A program made the position numbers and the translations under genes. Below are positions 48,409 to 57,938 of a stretch of DNA of 64,000 nt, piece by piece (within the stretch, counting starts at the first letter, position 1; each line of letters opens with the position of its first letter). The notes under the pieces were generated by a model. That model was not told the DNA's origin, made no database searches, and saw only the letters and a program-made list of their open reading frames with translations. The stretch is from Bacteroidales bacterium (GTDB lineage Bacteria > Bacteroidota > Bacteroidia > Bacteroidales > B18-G4), in contig JAGYMZ010000002.1 of NCBI GenBank assembly GCA_018400295.1, forward strand, positions 3,106 to 67,105, written 5' to 3'.

Positions 48409-49371
48409 TCATATCAGCCCTTTTTCATGCTTTTCCCCGATCACCTTTAGCATGTCTTCCGTAACAGCAGGCAGGTCGAATGTCGGGTCCCATCCCCACT
48501 CTTCGCGTGCGCAGGTATCATCCATTTTATTGGGCCAGGATTCTGCGATTTCCTGCTTGACCGGGTCTACATCATATTCCATTTTAAATTCCGGAATATG
48601 TTTTTTGACCTCTGCCGCAATGATTTCCGGGTCGAAGCTCATGGCTGTGATGTTAAAGGCATTTCGGTGCTTTAGTTTGGACGGGTCTGCTTCCATCAGG
48701 TTAATGGCTGCGTCCAGTGCATCGGGCATATACATCATGTCGAGAAAAGTACCGGCTTTCAGCGGACAAGTGAATTTTTTGCTTTTAATGGCTTCGTAGA
48801 ATATCTCCACGGCATAGTCGGTGGTGCCGCCACCCGGTAACGTAACATTGGAGATGATCCCGGGATATCTCAATCCCCTCGTATCTACACCGAAACGTTT
48901 GAAATAATAGTCGCTCAAAAGTTCGCCGGAAACCTTGGTAACCCCGTACATGGTGCCAGGGCGCTGTATCGTGTCCTGTGGTGTATTGTCCAGCGGGGTG
49001 GTGGGACCAAAAGCCCCGATAGAACTGGGAAAAAAGACAGCACAATTATTTTCCCTGGCAATTTCAAGTACATTATATACGCCGTTAACGCCAACATTCC
49101 AGGCAGCCTGCGGATTCTTTTCTGCCGCCGCCGACAACAATGCTGCAAGGTTGTAAATGGCGTCGATTTTGTATTTCTTAACAACTTCCAGGATCCTGTC
49201 CGGTTCGGTAGCATCAACATTTTCCAGTGGCCCGGACTGAACAACATCATCGCTGGGCATTGTTTTGCGGTAACCCGCCACAACATTTGTGCTGCCGTAA
49301 TTCTCACGAAGTTTCATGGTCAATTCCGATCCGATCTGCCCGGCAGTTCCTATGACTAAAATATTTTTCAT
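48409..49371 (-). CDS. tdh: L-threonine 3-dehydrogenase (SDR/epimerase-type)
   Basis: 320 aa; ILVIGTAGQIGSEL; YGVTKVSGE; LPGGGTTDYAVEIF; IAESWP..DD..AREEWGW; divergent from kbl. Confidence 0.8.
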   Translation of the reverse strand: MKNILVIGTAGQIGSELTMKLRENYGSTNVVAGYRKTMPSDDVVQSGPLENVDATEPDRILEVVKKYKIDAIYNLAALLSAAAEKNPQAAWNVGVNGVYNVLEIARENNCAVFFPSSIGAFGPTTPLDNTPQDTIQRPGTMYGVTKVSGELLSDYYFKRFGVDTRGLRYPGIISNVTLPGGGTTDYAVEIFYEAIKSKKFTCPLKAGTFLDMMYMPDALDAAINLMEADPSKLKHRNAFNITAMSFDPEIIAAEVKKHIPEFKMEYDVDPVKQEIAESWPNKMDDTCAREEWGWDPTFDLPAVTEDMLKVIGEKHEKGLI

Positions 49372-49415
49372 GTTGGTGATTATTTAATGCGTTCGTTGAA
49401 TAACAATCTCGCGGG

Positions 49416-49423
49416 CAAAAATA
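49416..49423 (-). promoter_or_regulatory. Candidate -7 box (TATTTTTG on minus strand) for tdh
   Basis: Matches TAnnTTTG, 45 nt upstream of the tdh ATG (49371). Confidence 0.3.
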
Positions 49424-49498
49424 TAATAATTTTATAACTGACAGGGGATTTCCATAAAAACTTGCTCCGTTCTCCCCCGAAATGTGGATTATTAATGC

Positions 49499-49506
49499 TA
49501 TATTTG
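49499..49506 (+). promoter_or_regulatory. Candidate -7 box (TATATTTG) for kbl
   Basis: Matches TAnnTTTG, 50 nt upstream of the kbl ATG (49556). Confidence 0.3.
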
Positions 49507-49555
49507 CACGGGATTGTGAATCGATCAACAATATAATTCATTAAAACATCAAAAT

Positions 49556-50749
49556 ATGTACGGAAAAATTAAAGACCATCTCCGGAAAGAGCTGGAGGGC
49601 ATAAAAGAAGCCGGACTTTTCAAGGAGGAAAGGATCATTACTTCCCCACAGGGAGCGGAAATTACATTGGTGGATGGAAAAGAAGTGCTGAATTTCTGTG
49701 CCAACAATTACCTGGGCTTGTCTAACCACCCCAGATTGGTAAAAGCCGCCAAAGAAACCCTGGATTCTCATGGTTTTGGTATGTCATCCGTCAGGTTCAT
49801 CTGCGGTACCCAGGATATTCACAGGACGCTTGAAAAGAAAATTGCCGCGTTTTTCGGTCTGGACGATACCATTTTATATGCAGCCTGCTTTGATGCTAAC
49901 GGCGGGGTGTTCGAGCCTATATTGACAGCCGAGGATGCGATCATTTCTGATTCACTGAACCACGCATCCATTATTGATGGTGTCAGACTTTGCAAGGCGC
50001 AGCGATTCCGGTATGAAAACTCCAATATGGAAGATCTGGAAGCGAAGCTTAAAGAAGCATCCCAATCTGCCCGCTTTAAGATCATCGTTACCGACGGCGT
50101 TTTCTCCATGGACGGGAATGTGGCACCGGTGGATAAAATGGTCGAGCTGGGTAAAAAATACGATGCCATGGTGTTGGTCGATGAATGCCACTCGGCCGGT
50201 GTCGTGGGTAAAACCGGGCGCGGAGTTACCGAATTGTTTGACATACGCGGTGAGGTGGACATTATTACCGGTACTTTGGGAAAGGCATTTGGGGGAGGAA
50301 TTGGAGGGTTTACCACAGGAAGGCAGGAGATCATCGATATACTCCGTCAACGCTCACGTCCCTATCTTTTCTCAAATTCACTGATCCCTGCTGCAGTTGG
50401 CGCCGGGATTGAAATGTTTGATATGATGTCGGAAACTACGGAGCTCCAGGATAAGCTCCACAACAATACCGGTTATTTTATCGATAAAATGATGGATGCC
50501 GGATTCGACATAAAACCCACTTCATCGGCCATTTGTGCCATTATGCTTTACGACGCGAAATTGTCTCAGGTCATGGCCGAAAAATTGCTGGACGAAGGCA
50601 TCTATGTGATCGGGTTTTATTATCCGGTAGTACCCAAGGGACAAGCCCGCATCAGGGTGCAATTATCCGCTGCCCACGCCAGGGAGCATCTTGACAAAGC
50701 GGTCAATGCTTTCATCAAGGTGGGTAAAGAACTGGAGGTTATAAAATAA
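49556..50749 (+). CDS. kbl: Glycine C-acetyltransferase (2-amino-3-ketobutyrate CoA ligase)
   Basis: 397 aa; long runs shared with E. coli Kbl as I remember it: [80 protein letters not shown]. Confidence 0.92.
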   Translation: MYGKIKDHLRKELEGIKEAGLFKEERIITSPQGAEITLVDGKEVLNFCANNYLGLSNHPRLVKAAKETLDSHGFGMSSVRFICGTQDIHRTLEKKIAAFFGLDDTILYAACFDANGGVFEPILTAEDAIISDSLNHASIIDGVRLCKAQRFRYENSNMEDLEAKLKEASQSARFKIIVTDGVFSMDGNVAPVDKMVELGKKYDAMVLVDECHSAGVVGKTGRGVTELFDIRGEVDIITGTLGKAFGGGIGGFTTGRQEIIDILRQRSRPYLFSNSLIPAAVGAGIEMFDMMSETTELQDKLHNNTGYFIDKMMDAGFDIKPTSSAICAIMLYDAKLSQVMAEKLLDEGIYVIGFYYPVVPKGQARIRVQLSAAHAREHLDKAVNAFIKVGKELEVIK

Positions 50750-50771
50750 GGGAGATCCGTACCCTATACCT

Positions 50772-50806
50772 AAGGCCCGGGGATCTTTTGATCCCCGGGC
50801 CTTTTG
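50772..50806 (+). terminator. Intrinsic terminator after kbl
   Basis: AAGGCCCGGGGATC-TTTT-GATCCCCGGGCCTT followed by TTG; 14-bp perfect stem. Confidence 0.85.
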
Positions 50807-50822
50807 CATTATCATTATTTCC

Positions 50823-50830
50823 TATTTTTG
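50823..50830 (+). promoter_or_regulatory. TAnnTTTG match (TATTTTTG) 4 nt upstream of the cysS ATG
   Basis: Motif match only; its position would imply a leaderless or near-leaderless mRNA. Confidence 0.25.
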
Positions 50831-50834
50831 TAGT

Positions 50835-52307
50835 ATGAAAAACAAGTTGCACATAACCAATTCCCTTTCCAGGAAAAAGGAAATTTTTGAACCCATTGCA
50901 CACCCCTTTGTCGGGATGTATGTTTGTGGCCCGACGGTATACGGAGATGCTCACCTGGGTCATGCACGGCCGGCTGTTACCTTCGATGTATTGTACCGGT
51001 ATCTGGAGCATTTGGGCTATAAAGTCCGGTATGTCAGAAACATTACCGATGTAGGGCACCTTGAAAATGATGCCGATGAAGGAGAAGATAAAATAACCAA
51101 GAAGGCCCGGCTTGAGAAACAGGAACCCATGGAAGTAGTACAGTTCTACGCCAACAGCTACCACAAAAAAATGGATCAGCTGAATGTGCTTCCGCCCAGC
51201 ATCGAACCCCACGCTTCTGCCCACATCATTGAACAGATCGAAATGGCCCGCCGTATCCTGGATAATGGATATGCATATGAAAAGAACGGATCGGTCTATT
51301 TTGATATTATAAAGTATAATACAGATCATCCCTATGGGATCCTTTCCGGGCGAAAAGTTGAGGAGCTGCTGGCCTATACAAGGGAATTGGAAGGACAGCA
51401 GGAGAAAAAGAACACTTTCGATTTTGCCTTATGGAAAAAGGCTACACCGGAACACATTATGCGCTGGCCTTCTCCCTGGAGTGATGGTTACCCGGGATGG
51501 CACCTGGAATGTTCGGCCATGGGCGCCAAATACCTGGGAGACCGGTTCGATATCCACGGGGGCGGCATGGATCTGCTGTTCCCTCATCACGAATCGGAAA
51601 TAGCACAATCGGTCGCGGCGAACAACAAGATGCCTGTGAAATACTGGCTTCATAATAACATGATCACCATCAACGGACAAAAAATGGGAAAATCCCTCGG
51701 GAATGCCGTTACTCTTGAGCAGTTTTTTACCGGTGATCATGAAATCCTGGATAAGCCCTATGGCCCGATGTGCATACGGTTTTTCATACTTCAGGCGCAT
51801 TACCGCAGCACCCTGGATTTCTCCAACGAAGCGCTCCAGGCTTCCGGGAAAGGATTGGATAAGCTGCTGGCTGCTTACGAAACACTTCAGGGGCTGAAGG
51901 CATCCGGCGGCGGATCTTCAGTGGACATCGATGGACTTGAGCGGGAATGCTACGGGGCGATGAACGATGACCTGAACACCTCTGTCCTTATTTCCCGGCT
52001 TTTTGAAGCGGTTCGTATCATTAATTCAGTGAACGACGGTCAATTGTCCATTGATGCTGATGCCCTGGATAAGCTGAAAAAAATGTATAAGACCTTTGTG
52101 TTTGATATCCTGGGGCTGTTGCCCGGGGAAGAAACCAAAAGCAAAGACGACCTGTCGGATAAGCTTATTGAAAGTATGCTGTCGCTGCGCCAGCAGGCCA
52201 GGCAAAATAAAGATTATGATACGGCGGACAGCATCCGGAAAACCCTGGAAGGACTGGGTATTATTCTTAAGGATACCAGGGAAGGAGTGAAATGGGAGCT
52301 GAAATAA
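50835..52307 (+). CDS. cysS: Cysteine--tRNA ligase
   Basis: 490 aa; HLGHAR (HIGH), KMGKSLGN (KMSKS), [17 protein letters not shown]. Confidence 0.95.
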   Translation: MKNKLHITNSLSRKKEIFEPIAHPFVGMYVCGPTVYGDAHLGHARPAVTFDVLYRYLEHLGYKVRYVRNITDVGHLENDADEGEDKITKKARLEKQEPMEVVQFYANSYHKKMDQLNVLPPSIEPHASAHIIEQIEMARRILDNGYAYEKNGSVYFDIIKYNTDHPYGILSGRKVEELLAYTRELEGQQEKKNTFDFALWKKATPEHIMRWPSPWSDGYPGWHLECSAMGAKYLGDRFDIHGGGMDLLFPHHESEIAQSVAANNKMPVKYWLHNNMITINGQKMGKSLGNAVTLEQFFTGDHEILDKPYGPMCIRFFILQAHYRSTLDFSNEALQASGKGLDKLLAAYETLQGLKASGGGSSVDIDGLERECYGAMNDDLNTSVLISRLFEAVRIINSVNDGQLSIDADALDKLKKMYKTFVFDILGLLPGEETKSKDDLSDKLIESMLSLRQQARQNKDYDTADSIRKTLEGLGIILKDTREGVKWELK

Positions 52308-52319
52308 CAGGAAACCGTG

Positions 52320-53594
52320 TTATGTGATCCTTACCAGAAAATAATTTTTCTTTCCCTTTTTTATCAGGATGTATTTATGGTTGAGAAGGTCTTTTTCCGA
52401 GATCCGGTATTGATCATTAACTTTGGTTTGGTTAACGGAAACTCCATGATCTTTGAGCATACGCCGGGCTTCTCCCTTTGAACTGAAAATCCCCGTGCGG
52501 TCCGTCAGGAATTCTACAAGGGGGATCTCCTGTTCAATATCTTTTTTGGGAACTTCGCTTGCAGGAACACCTTCGAATACACTTAGCAATGTGCGTTCAT
52601 CGAGTTTTTTGAGCATTTCTTCCGTCCCTTTTCCGAAGAGGATCTGGGAAGCTTCCACCGCTGCATTATAATCCTCTTCGGAATGCACGCGTATGGTAAT
52701 ATCCTTGGCCAGGGCTTTTTGCAGGATCCGTGTATGTGGTGCTTCGGAATGGTTGGAAACCAGCTCATCGATCTCTTCCCTGGAATGCAGGGTAAAGATC
52801 CGGATGTATTTCTGGGCATCTTCGTCAGAGGTGTTCAGCCAGAACTGGTAAAATTGATAGGGTGAGGTCTTTTCCGCGTCAAGCCATACGTTCCCTTCTT
52901 CAGATTTTCCAAATTTTCCGCCACCTGCTTTTGTTACAAGAGGGGTGGTAAGTGCATATGCTTCACCGCCCGTCATCCGCCGTATGAGCTCATTTCCTGT
53001 GACAATGTTACCCCATTGGTCGGAACCCCCCATCTGAAGCTTACAGTTGTGATTTTTATACAAATACAGGAAATCATATCCCTGAACAAGCTGGTATGAA
53101 AACTCGGTAAAGGAAATTCCCGTCTCCAGACGCTTCTGAACCGAATCCTTAGCCATCATGTAATTGACTGTAATATGCTTTCCAACATCCCGGATAAAAT
53201 CCAGGAATTTATAATCTTTGAACCAATCATAATTATTCACCACCATCGCGGCGTTTTCTCCGGAATTGAATTTCAGGAACTTCATCAATTGTTTCTTCTG
53301 GCCTCTGAGGTTTTTTTCAATGGTCCGGCTGTCCAGAAGGTTTCTTTCCTGCGATTTTCCTGATGGATCACCGACCATTCCCGTTGCGCCCCCTATCAGT
53401 ATAATGGGTTTATGGCCGGCACGTTGAAAATGAAGCAAAAGCATGATGGTGGCCAGGCTTCCAATATGCAGGGAATCTGCCGTGGGATCGAAGCCAATGT
53501 ATCCGGCGGTTGACTCTTTTTTAAGTTGTTCTTCGGTGCCGGGGATCATATTGTGGATCATGCCCCTCCATCGCAATTCATCAATGAAATCCAT
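52320..53594 (-). CDS. tyrS: Tyrosine--tRNA ligase
   Basis: 424 aa; ADSLHIGSL (HIGH), KFGKSE (KMSKS), C-terminal S4-like domain. Confidence 0.93.
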   Translation of the reverse strand: MDFIDELRWRGMIHNMIPGTEEQLKKESTAGYIGFDPTADSLHIGSLATIMLLLHFQRAGHKPIILIGGATGMVGDPSGKSQERNLLDSRTIEKNLRGQKKQLMKFLKFNSGENAAMVVNNYDWFKDYKFLDFIRDVGKHITVNYMMAKDSVQKRLETGISFTEFSYQLVQGYDFLYLYKNHNCKLQMGGSDQWGNIVTGNELIRRMTGGEAYALTTPLVTKAGGGKFGKSEEGNVWLDAEKTSPYQFYQFWLNTSDEDAQKYIRIFTLHSREEIDELVSNHSEAPHTRILQKALAKDITIRVHSEEDYNAAVEASQILFGKGTEEMLKKLDERTLLSVFEGVPASEVPKKDIEQEIPLVEFLTDRTGIFSSKGEARRMLKDHGVSVNQTKVNDQYRISEKDLLNHKYILIKKGKKNYFLVRIT

Positions 53595-53692
53595 ATGTGC
53601 TGCTTTGTTTTGTGCAAATATAGCTTTATTGTTTTAATAAGAACTGTTGGGATTTAAACAAATACCGATGTAATTTTTAGTAGATTTGCCCT

Positions 53693-54718
53693 GTGATATT
53701 CGTTACAGGAGGAACCGGGCTTGTGGGCTCTCATCTTTTGCTTGAACTTGCGCGGGGAGGGAAAAAGGTAAGGGCACTGAAAAGGGCATCCAGCGATGTT
53801 GGCTATGTGGATGCTGTGTTCAGGCATTATGCTGAAAATGCAACGGAAATTGCGAACAATATTGAATGGGTAGAGGGAGACATTCTGGACCCTTCTTTTC
53901 TGTTGACGGCACTTGAAGGCGTAAAGTATGTGTATCATTGTGCTGCTGTGGTTTCTTTTCAACCAAGCGACAGGGAGAAGATCCACCGGATCAATACGGA
54001 TGGCACGGCAAATATTGTGAACGCATCCTTGCAATGCAAGGTGAAAAAGCTGTGCTATGTGAGTTCCATTGCCGCATTGGGAAGGAATGAACATAAGGAA
54101 TTCGTGGATGAAACGGTGGGCTGGAAGGTATCAAAGGACAACTCCTGTTACGGCATTAGTAAATTCAATGCCGAAAGAGAAGTCTGGCGCGGAACGGCAG
54201 AGGGACTGGATGCCGTCATTGTAAACCCTTCCATTGTTATCGGGTTCGCCAATCCTTCAAAGGGCAGCACCAAAATGTTTTCAACGGTTTGGAACGGATT
54301 GAATTTCTATACCCCGGGGATGAATGGATTTGTCGATGTAAAGGATGTGGTCAAAGTCATGGTCATGCTCCAGGAAAGCGATATCAGGAACGAACGGTTC
54401 ATCCTCAATGCTACGAATGTTACGTTCAAAGCGTTCTTTAATAAAATTGCGGACAGCCTTGGTAAACCCAGGCCCAGATGGAAATCTACTGCTTTGCTGG
54501 CAGAGATGGCCTGGAGGCTTGATTGGTTGAGAAGCAAAATATTGAACCGTGAACCATTGATCACCAGGCAGACCGTCAAGGCCGGGATGGGTAATTTTAA
54601 GTATTCAAACGCCAAGATCCGGAAATATACTGGCGTGGAATTCAGGGATATAGATGTTAGCATTAAAGAGGTATCGGATATTTTTAAGAAGTATTACAAG
54701 GATGAAGTGCAGTCATAA
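53693..54718 (+). CDS. NAD-dependent epimerase/dehydratase-family protein
   Basis: 341 aa; GTG start; IFVTGGTGLVGSHL; YGISK catalytic pair. Confidence 0.8.
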   Translation: MIFVTGGTGLVGSHLLLELARGGKKVRALKRASSDVGYVDAVFRHYAENATEIANNIEWVEGDILDPSFLLTALEGVKYVYHCAAVVSFQPSDREKIHRINTDGTANIVNASLQCKVKKLCYVSSIAALGRNEHKEFVDETVGWKVSKDNSCYGISKFNAEREVWRGTAEGLDAVIVNPSIVIGFANPSKGSTKMFSTVWNGLNFYTPGMNGFVDVKDVVKVMVMLQESDIRNERFILNATNVTFKAFFNKIADSLGKPRPRWKSTALLAEMAWRLDWLRSKILNREPLITRQTVKAGMGNFKYSNAKIRKYTGVEFRDIDVSIKEVSDIFKKYYKDEVQS

Positions 54719-54746
54719 TTGTACACCAACAAAACCTTAACCACAT

Positions 54747-55268
54747 ATGAGCAAAATAGCATTGATATATTGGCCCAGGAAGGGCAATGTGGAAAAAGTT
54801 GCCGGAATGGTTGCTGATGGTTTGGACGACCTGAAGCCCGGGGTTTATGCAATATCCCAGGTTGATCTTACTGCATTGGCTGATCATGACCTTATCATCC
54901 TGGGAAGTTCAACGGTGGGTGCGGATAACTGGGAAGATTCTCACAGGTCACGCTGGTATGATTTTTTTAAACAACTGGAAAATGTCCGTTTCAAAGGGCA
55001 AAAAATTGCTTTTTTCGGACTGGGTGATCAGGTCTTGTACCCGGAACATTTTGTCGATGGTATGATGGCGATCAAAAAAGAATTTGCACGGCATGATGTT
55101 GAATTTATCGGGAAATGGCCTGCACAAGGATATGATTTTCAGGAATCCGCTTCCCTGGAAGGGGATGATTTCATCGGACTGGCTGTGGATGAAGACCAGC
55201 AACCCGAGCTGACGAAGGAAAGGGTGGATCAATGGGTTGCTCAGGTCCGGAAGGAATCCGGACTGTGA
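54747..55268 (+). CDS. Flavodoxin-like protein (long-chain type)
   Basis: 173 aa; overall FldA-like layout (ILGSSTVG.., FFGLGDQ..YPEHF, ..GLAVDEDQQPELT). The N-terminal phosphate loop (WPRKGNVE) deviates from the usual S/T-x-T-G-x-T. Confidence 0.6.
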   Translation: MSKIALIYWPRKGNVEKVAGMVADGLDDLKPGVYAISQVDLTALADHDLIILGSSTVGADNWEDSHRSRWYDFFKQLENVRFKGQKIAFFGLGDQVLYPEHFVDGMMAIKKEFARHDVEFIGKWPAQGYDFQESASLEGDDFIGLAVDEDQQPELTKERVDQWVAQVRKESGL

Positions 55269-56114
55269 TCAGGTCAGCGGCAGACTTTTGATGGAATCCC
55301 CATGAGGGATGTATATTTTTTTACATCCCTTTTCTTTAAGGTATCTTGACGCTTCGGAATAGCCCAGGGTCATTTCCTCCGGGGTGTGTGCATCTGTGCT
55401 GATGGTTAAGGGGATATCATCATTGATCAGTGATCCCAGCACCCATCCGTCCGGGAAAAACGAATCGGACCTTCCTTTATACTTTCCCCGTGTGTTAACT
55501 TCTACAATGCAATTGTTTTGTTTAATAACATCTATGGTGCTCAAGACCAAATCTCTATACCACAGATCATTTTCGGTGAAATGGCGCCCTTTGTTATGCA
55601 TTTTGATCTTATCGAGATGACCCACGATGCGGGGTCTTTCATTGATGATCATGGTGTTGATCTGCCGGTAGTAGGCCGTCACGGCTTTCTTAGCATCATT
55701 TTCGAAGACATCCTGCAGCCCGTGGTCGTATGCATCGGTTTTGGCCCCGTCAATAAACCATAAACGGTTATTTTCCAGGTTTTTAACAAGATGTACCGAT
55801 CCAATGGTGTAATCCAGGCCGGCCATTTCCCTGAACGAATCAAAGCTTTCCGTTAATCCTGGGATAAAATCGATTTCAAGTGCCAGCATGATCGTTATTT
55901 GTCCTGCATATTTTTGTTTCAACTTTTCAACGGTCCTGACATATTCCAATAGCTTGGTTTTCGATGGTATGGCGAAATTGTTATCAAATGGAACGGGTGC
56001 ATGTCCCGAGAATCCCAAAATCGATAAGCCTTTGTCCAGGGCCTGCCTGACATATTCTTCGGGATGGTCTGAGCCATCACAAAAATGGGTATGTGTATGA
56101 AGGTTGAACAGCAT
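55269..56114 (-). CDS. PHP-family histidinol-phosphatase-like protein
   Basis: 281 aa; NLHTHTHFCDGS; GSVH; ISTDAH. Confidence 0.75.
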   Translation of the reverse strand: MLFNLHTHTHFCDGSDHPEEYVRQALDKGLSILGFSGHAPVPFDNNFAIPSKTKLLEYVRTVEKLKQKYAGQITIMLALEIDFIPGLTESFDSFREMAGLDYTIGSVHLVKNLENNRLWFIDGAKTDAYDHGLQDVFENDAKKAVTAYYRQINTMIINERPRIVGHLDKIKMHNKGRHFTENDLWYRDLVLSTIDVIKQNNCIVEVNTRGKYKGRSDSFFPDGWVLGSLINDDIPLTISTDAHTPEEMTLGYSEASRYLKEKGCKKIYIPHGDSIKSLPLT

Positions 56115-56162
56115 GCCGGTGTTTTTCTATGCTACTAACAAAAGGGAGGAAAGGATGTTCGG

Positions 56163-56200
56163 AAAAAAACAAAAAAGAGAGCGTTGACCAGACGCTCTCT
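56163..56200 (-). terminator. Intrinsic-terminator-like hairpin with T-run (module 1)
   Basis: Minus strand AGAGAGCG(T)-loop-(A)CGCTCTCT followed by TTTTTTGTTTTTTT; hairpin 56176-56200. Confidence 0.7.
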
Positions 56201-56231
56201 AACCCAAATCTAATAAATTATCAAAATGAAA
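56171..56231. repeat. 61-bp direct repeat, copy 1
   Basis: 57/61 identical to 56338-56398 (offset 167 bp); includes the hairpin plus AACCCAAATCTAATAAA..TCAAAATGAAA. Confidence 0.9.
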
Positions 56232-56335
56232 AAATTTTTCATTGATACCTTTAAAAAGGCAATGCAAAGATAAGACAGATTTTATACAAAATGAAAAACA
56301 TCAGTGAATATACGGAGCAAAATACGAACATACCC

Positions 56336-56367
56336 ATAAAAAAAGAGAGCGTCGACCAAACGCTCTC
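56336..56367 (-). terminator. Intrinsic-terminator-like hairpin with T-run (module 2)
   Basis: Minus strand AGAGAGCG(T)-loop-(A)CGCTCTCT followed by TTTTTTAT; hairpin 56343-56367. About 195 nt downstream of the U32 peptidase stop. Confidence 0.7.
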
Positions 56368-56398
56368 TAACCCAAATCTAATAAACTTTCAAAATGAA
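56338..56398. repeat. 61-bp direct repeat, copy 2
   Basis: See copy 1. Two of the four differences lie in the hairpin loop. Confidence 0.9.
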
Positions 56399-56561
56399 AT
56401 AATCTATAAATTGACCAGATGCACTCTTTAATACGGAAACACACAAAAAGGTAACCCTATAACAGCTAAAAAAATTGAAGAAAGTAAAATTATACATGAA
56501 ATTCGTGACGATTTGTTGATAATCCGGAATTTCCTGCCAATTGTTTTACCGCTTAAAACGG

Positions 56562-57803
56562 CTAAATGGTATCAATGATTTTATATACTTTGTCGGATCT
56601 GCGAAGGAATGTATGAACCGGGATGGAGCACAATACTCCCTTTTCGGCTTTATTGACCGGCTTGTGATCGACCCGGACTTCTTCCGCCCGTCCCTGGTAA
56701 ACGCCGGTAGTCGGACCCATGATAAAAATATCGTCTCCCGGTTTCAGATCCTGGGTTTCGATCCTGATCTCCGCCACCTTGATGTTCGTGAAATAATTTG
56801 TGACCTTCCCTACATAGATTTTCTTTTTTGTGGCCTGGGCCCCGTATTTTTCTGACCATTCACCCATTCTGCGCCCAAGGTAATAACCATCCCAGAATCC
56901 ACGGTTGTAGACGCTTTTCAGTTTTTCATTCCACATATCCACTTTCCTGTGGCCATAGCTACCGTTGACATATGCATTGACGGCTTCCTTGTAACACTGG
57001 GTGACGATCTTTACATATTCAGGTGATCTCCCCCGTCCTTCAATTTTAAGGACATCAACGCCGGCTTTCAGGATCTTGTCCATAAAATCTATGGTCTTCA
57101 GGTCTTTGGGTGACATGATGTGCGCATTGTCAATTTTCAGTTCAATGGCACCGTCGAGATCCGTGACCTTGTATGGCCTGCGGCATACCTGCAGGCATTC
57201 ACCCCGGTTGGCTGAATGGTTGAGGTTGTCCAGGCTTAAGTAACATTTTCCCGATATGGCCATACAAAGGGCACCGTGCGCAAAGATCTCTATTTTTACC
57301 AACTCCCCGGAGGGCCCGGTGATCTTCTGTTCCTTGATTTGCCGTGTAATGGCTGCAACCTGCTCCAGGGAAAGCTCCCGGGCAGTGACCATCACATCCG
57401 CATAGCGGGCATAATAACGGACGGCCTCTATGTTGGTGATGTTGGTTTGTGTCGACATGTGGACCTCCATGCATTTTTTCCGGCAATATTGGATTACTGC
57501 CTGGTCCGATGCAATGATCGCGGAAACACGGCTTTCCCCGGCAATGTCAACAAACCTTCTCATTTCCTCCAGTTCGTTGTCGTAAACTACGGTGTTGAGG
57601 GTGAGATAAGAACGGACATTGAATCTTTCGCATATACTGGTGATCTTGCTGAGGTCATTCAAGCTGAAGTTCCGGGAAGACCGGGAACGCATGTTCAACC
57701 TGCCGGCCCCAAAATATACCGAATCCGCCCCACCTTGTATCGCTGCCATCAAGGATTCATACGAACCTACCGGGGACATTATTTCCGCTTTGTTGTTTTT
57801 CAT
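56562..57803 (-). CDS. Peptidase U32 family protein
   Basis: Start moved to MKNNKAEIMSPVGSYESLMAAIQGGADSVYFG (ATG 57803), which matches the usual U32 N-terminus. EIFAHGALCMAISGKC; C-terminal beta-barrel domain. Confidence 0.85.
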   Translation of the reverse strand: MKNNKAEIMSPVGSYESLMAAIQGGADSVYFGAGRLNMRSRSSRNFSLNDLSKITSICERFNVRSYLTLNTVVYDNELEEMRRFVDIAGESRVSAIIASDQAVIQYCRKKCMEVHMSTQTNITNIEAVRYYARYADVMVTARELSLEQVAAITRQIKEQKITGPSGELVKIEIFAHGALCMAISGKCYLSLDNLNHSANRGECLQVCRRPYKVTDLDGAIELKIDNAHIMSPKDLKTIDFMDKILKAGVDVLKIEGRGRSPEYVKIVTQCYKEAVNAYVNGSYGHRKVDMWNEKLKSVYNRGFWDGYYLGRRMGEWSEKYGAQATKKKIYVGKVTNYFTNIKVAEIRIETQDLKPGDDIFIMGPTTGVYQGRAEEVRVDHKPVNKAEKGVLCSIPVHTFLRRSDKVYKIIDTI

Positions 57804-57810
57804 CGTTGTG

Positions 57811-57818
57811 CAAAAGTA
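57811..57818 (-). promoter_or_regulatory. TAnnTTTG match (TACTTTTG, minus strand) between palindrome copy 2 and the U32 start
   Basis: 7 nt from the palindrome end and 7 nt upstream of the ATG at 57803. The same 10-mer TACTTTTGCA occurs at 43550-43559. Confidence 0.3.
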
Positions 57819-57824
57819 CAAAAT

Positions 57825-57868
57825 CAGATGTCATCCAGATGTCATCCGGATGACATCTGGATGACATC
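57825..57868. repeat. Palindromic 11-bp-unit element, copy 2
   Basis: 44/44 identical to 43462-43505. The self-complementary part is 57827-57868 (42 bp). Lies between the aspS stop (57939) and the U32 start. Confidence 0.95.
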
Positions 57869-57938
57869 CCCGGCAGTTCCCCCGGATGAAAAGAAGTCGC
57901 GTTCCTTGCTGAAAGGGAAACCCTTCCTTCAGAAATTG

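Noticed and set aside
48409-50749. Possibility that the alpha-oxoamine synthase (49556-50749) and the SDR (48409-49371) are the CapB/CapC sulfonolipid enzymes partnering the putative cysteate synthase.
   Set aside because: The synthase shares long near-identical runs with E. coli Kbl. The SDR has the GGGTTDYAV and IAESWP..DD..AR..WGW strings of epimerase-type L-threonine dehydrogenases. The divergent tdh-kbl pair is the standard threonine degradation module.
56129-56245. Small plus-strand ORF (38 aa, MLLTKGRKGCSEKNKKESVDQTLSNPNLINYQNEKIFH) across repeat copy 1. Copy 2 encodes ..KKESVDQTLSNPNLINFQNEII.. in the same relative frame, and 4 of the first 6 nucleotide differences are synonymous.
   Set aside because: In copy 2 that frame is preceded by a stop (56305-56307) with no ATG, GTG or TTG before the conserved part. 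The ATG at 56291 is in a different frame. The peptides are low-complexity, and two of the synonymous changes are simply the hairpin-loop positions. The terminator/RNA reading explains the conservation better.
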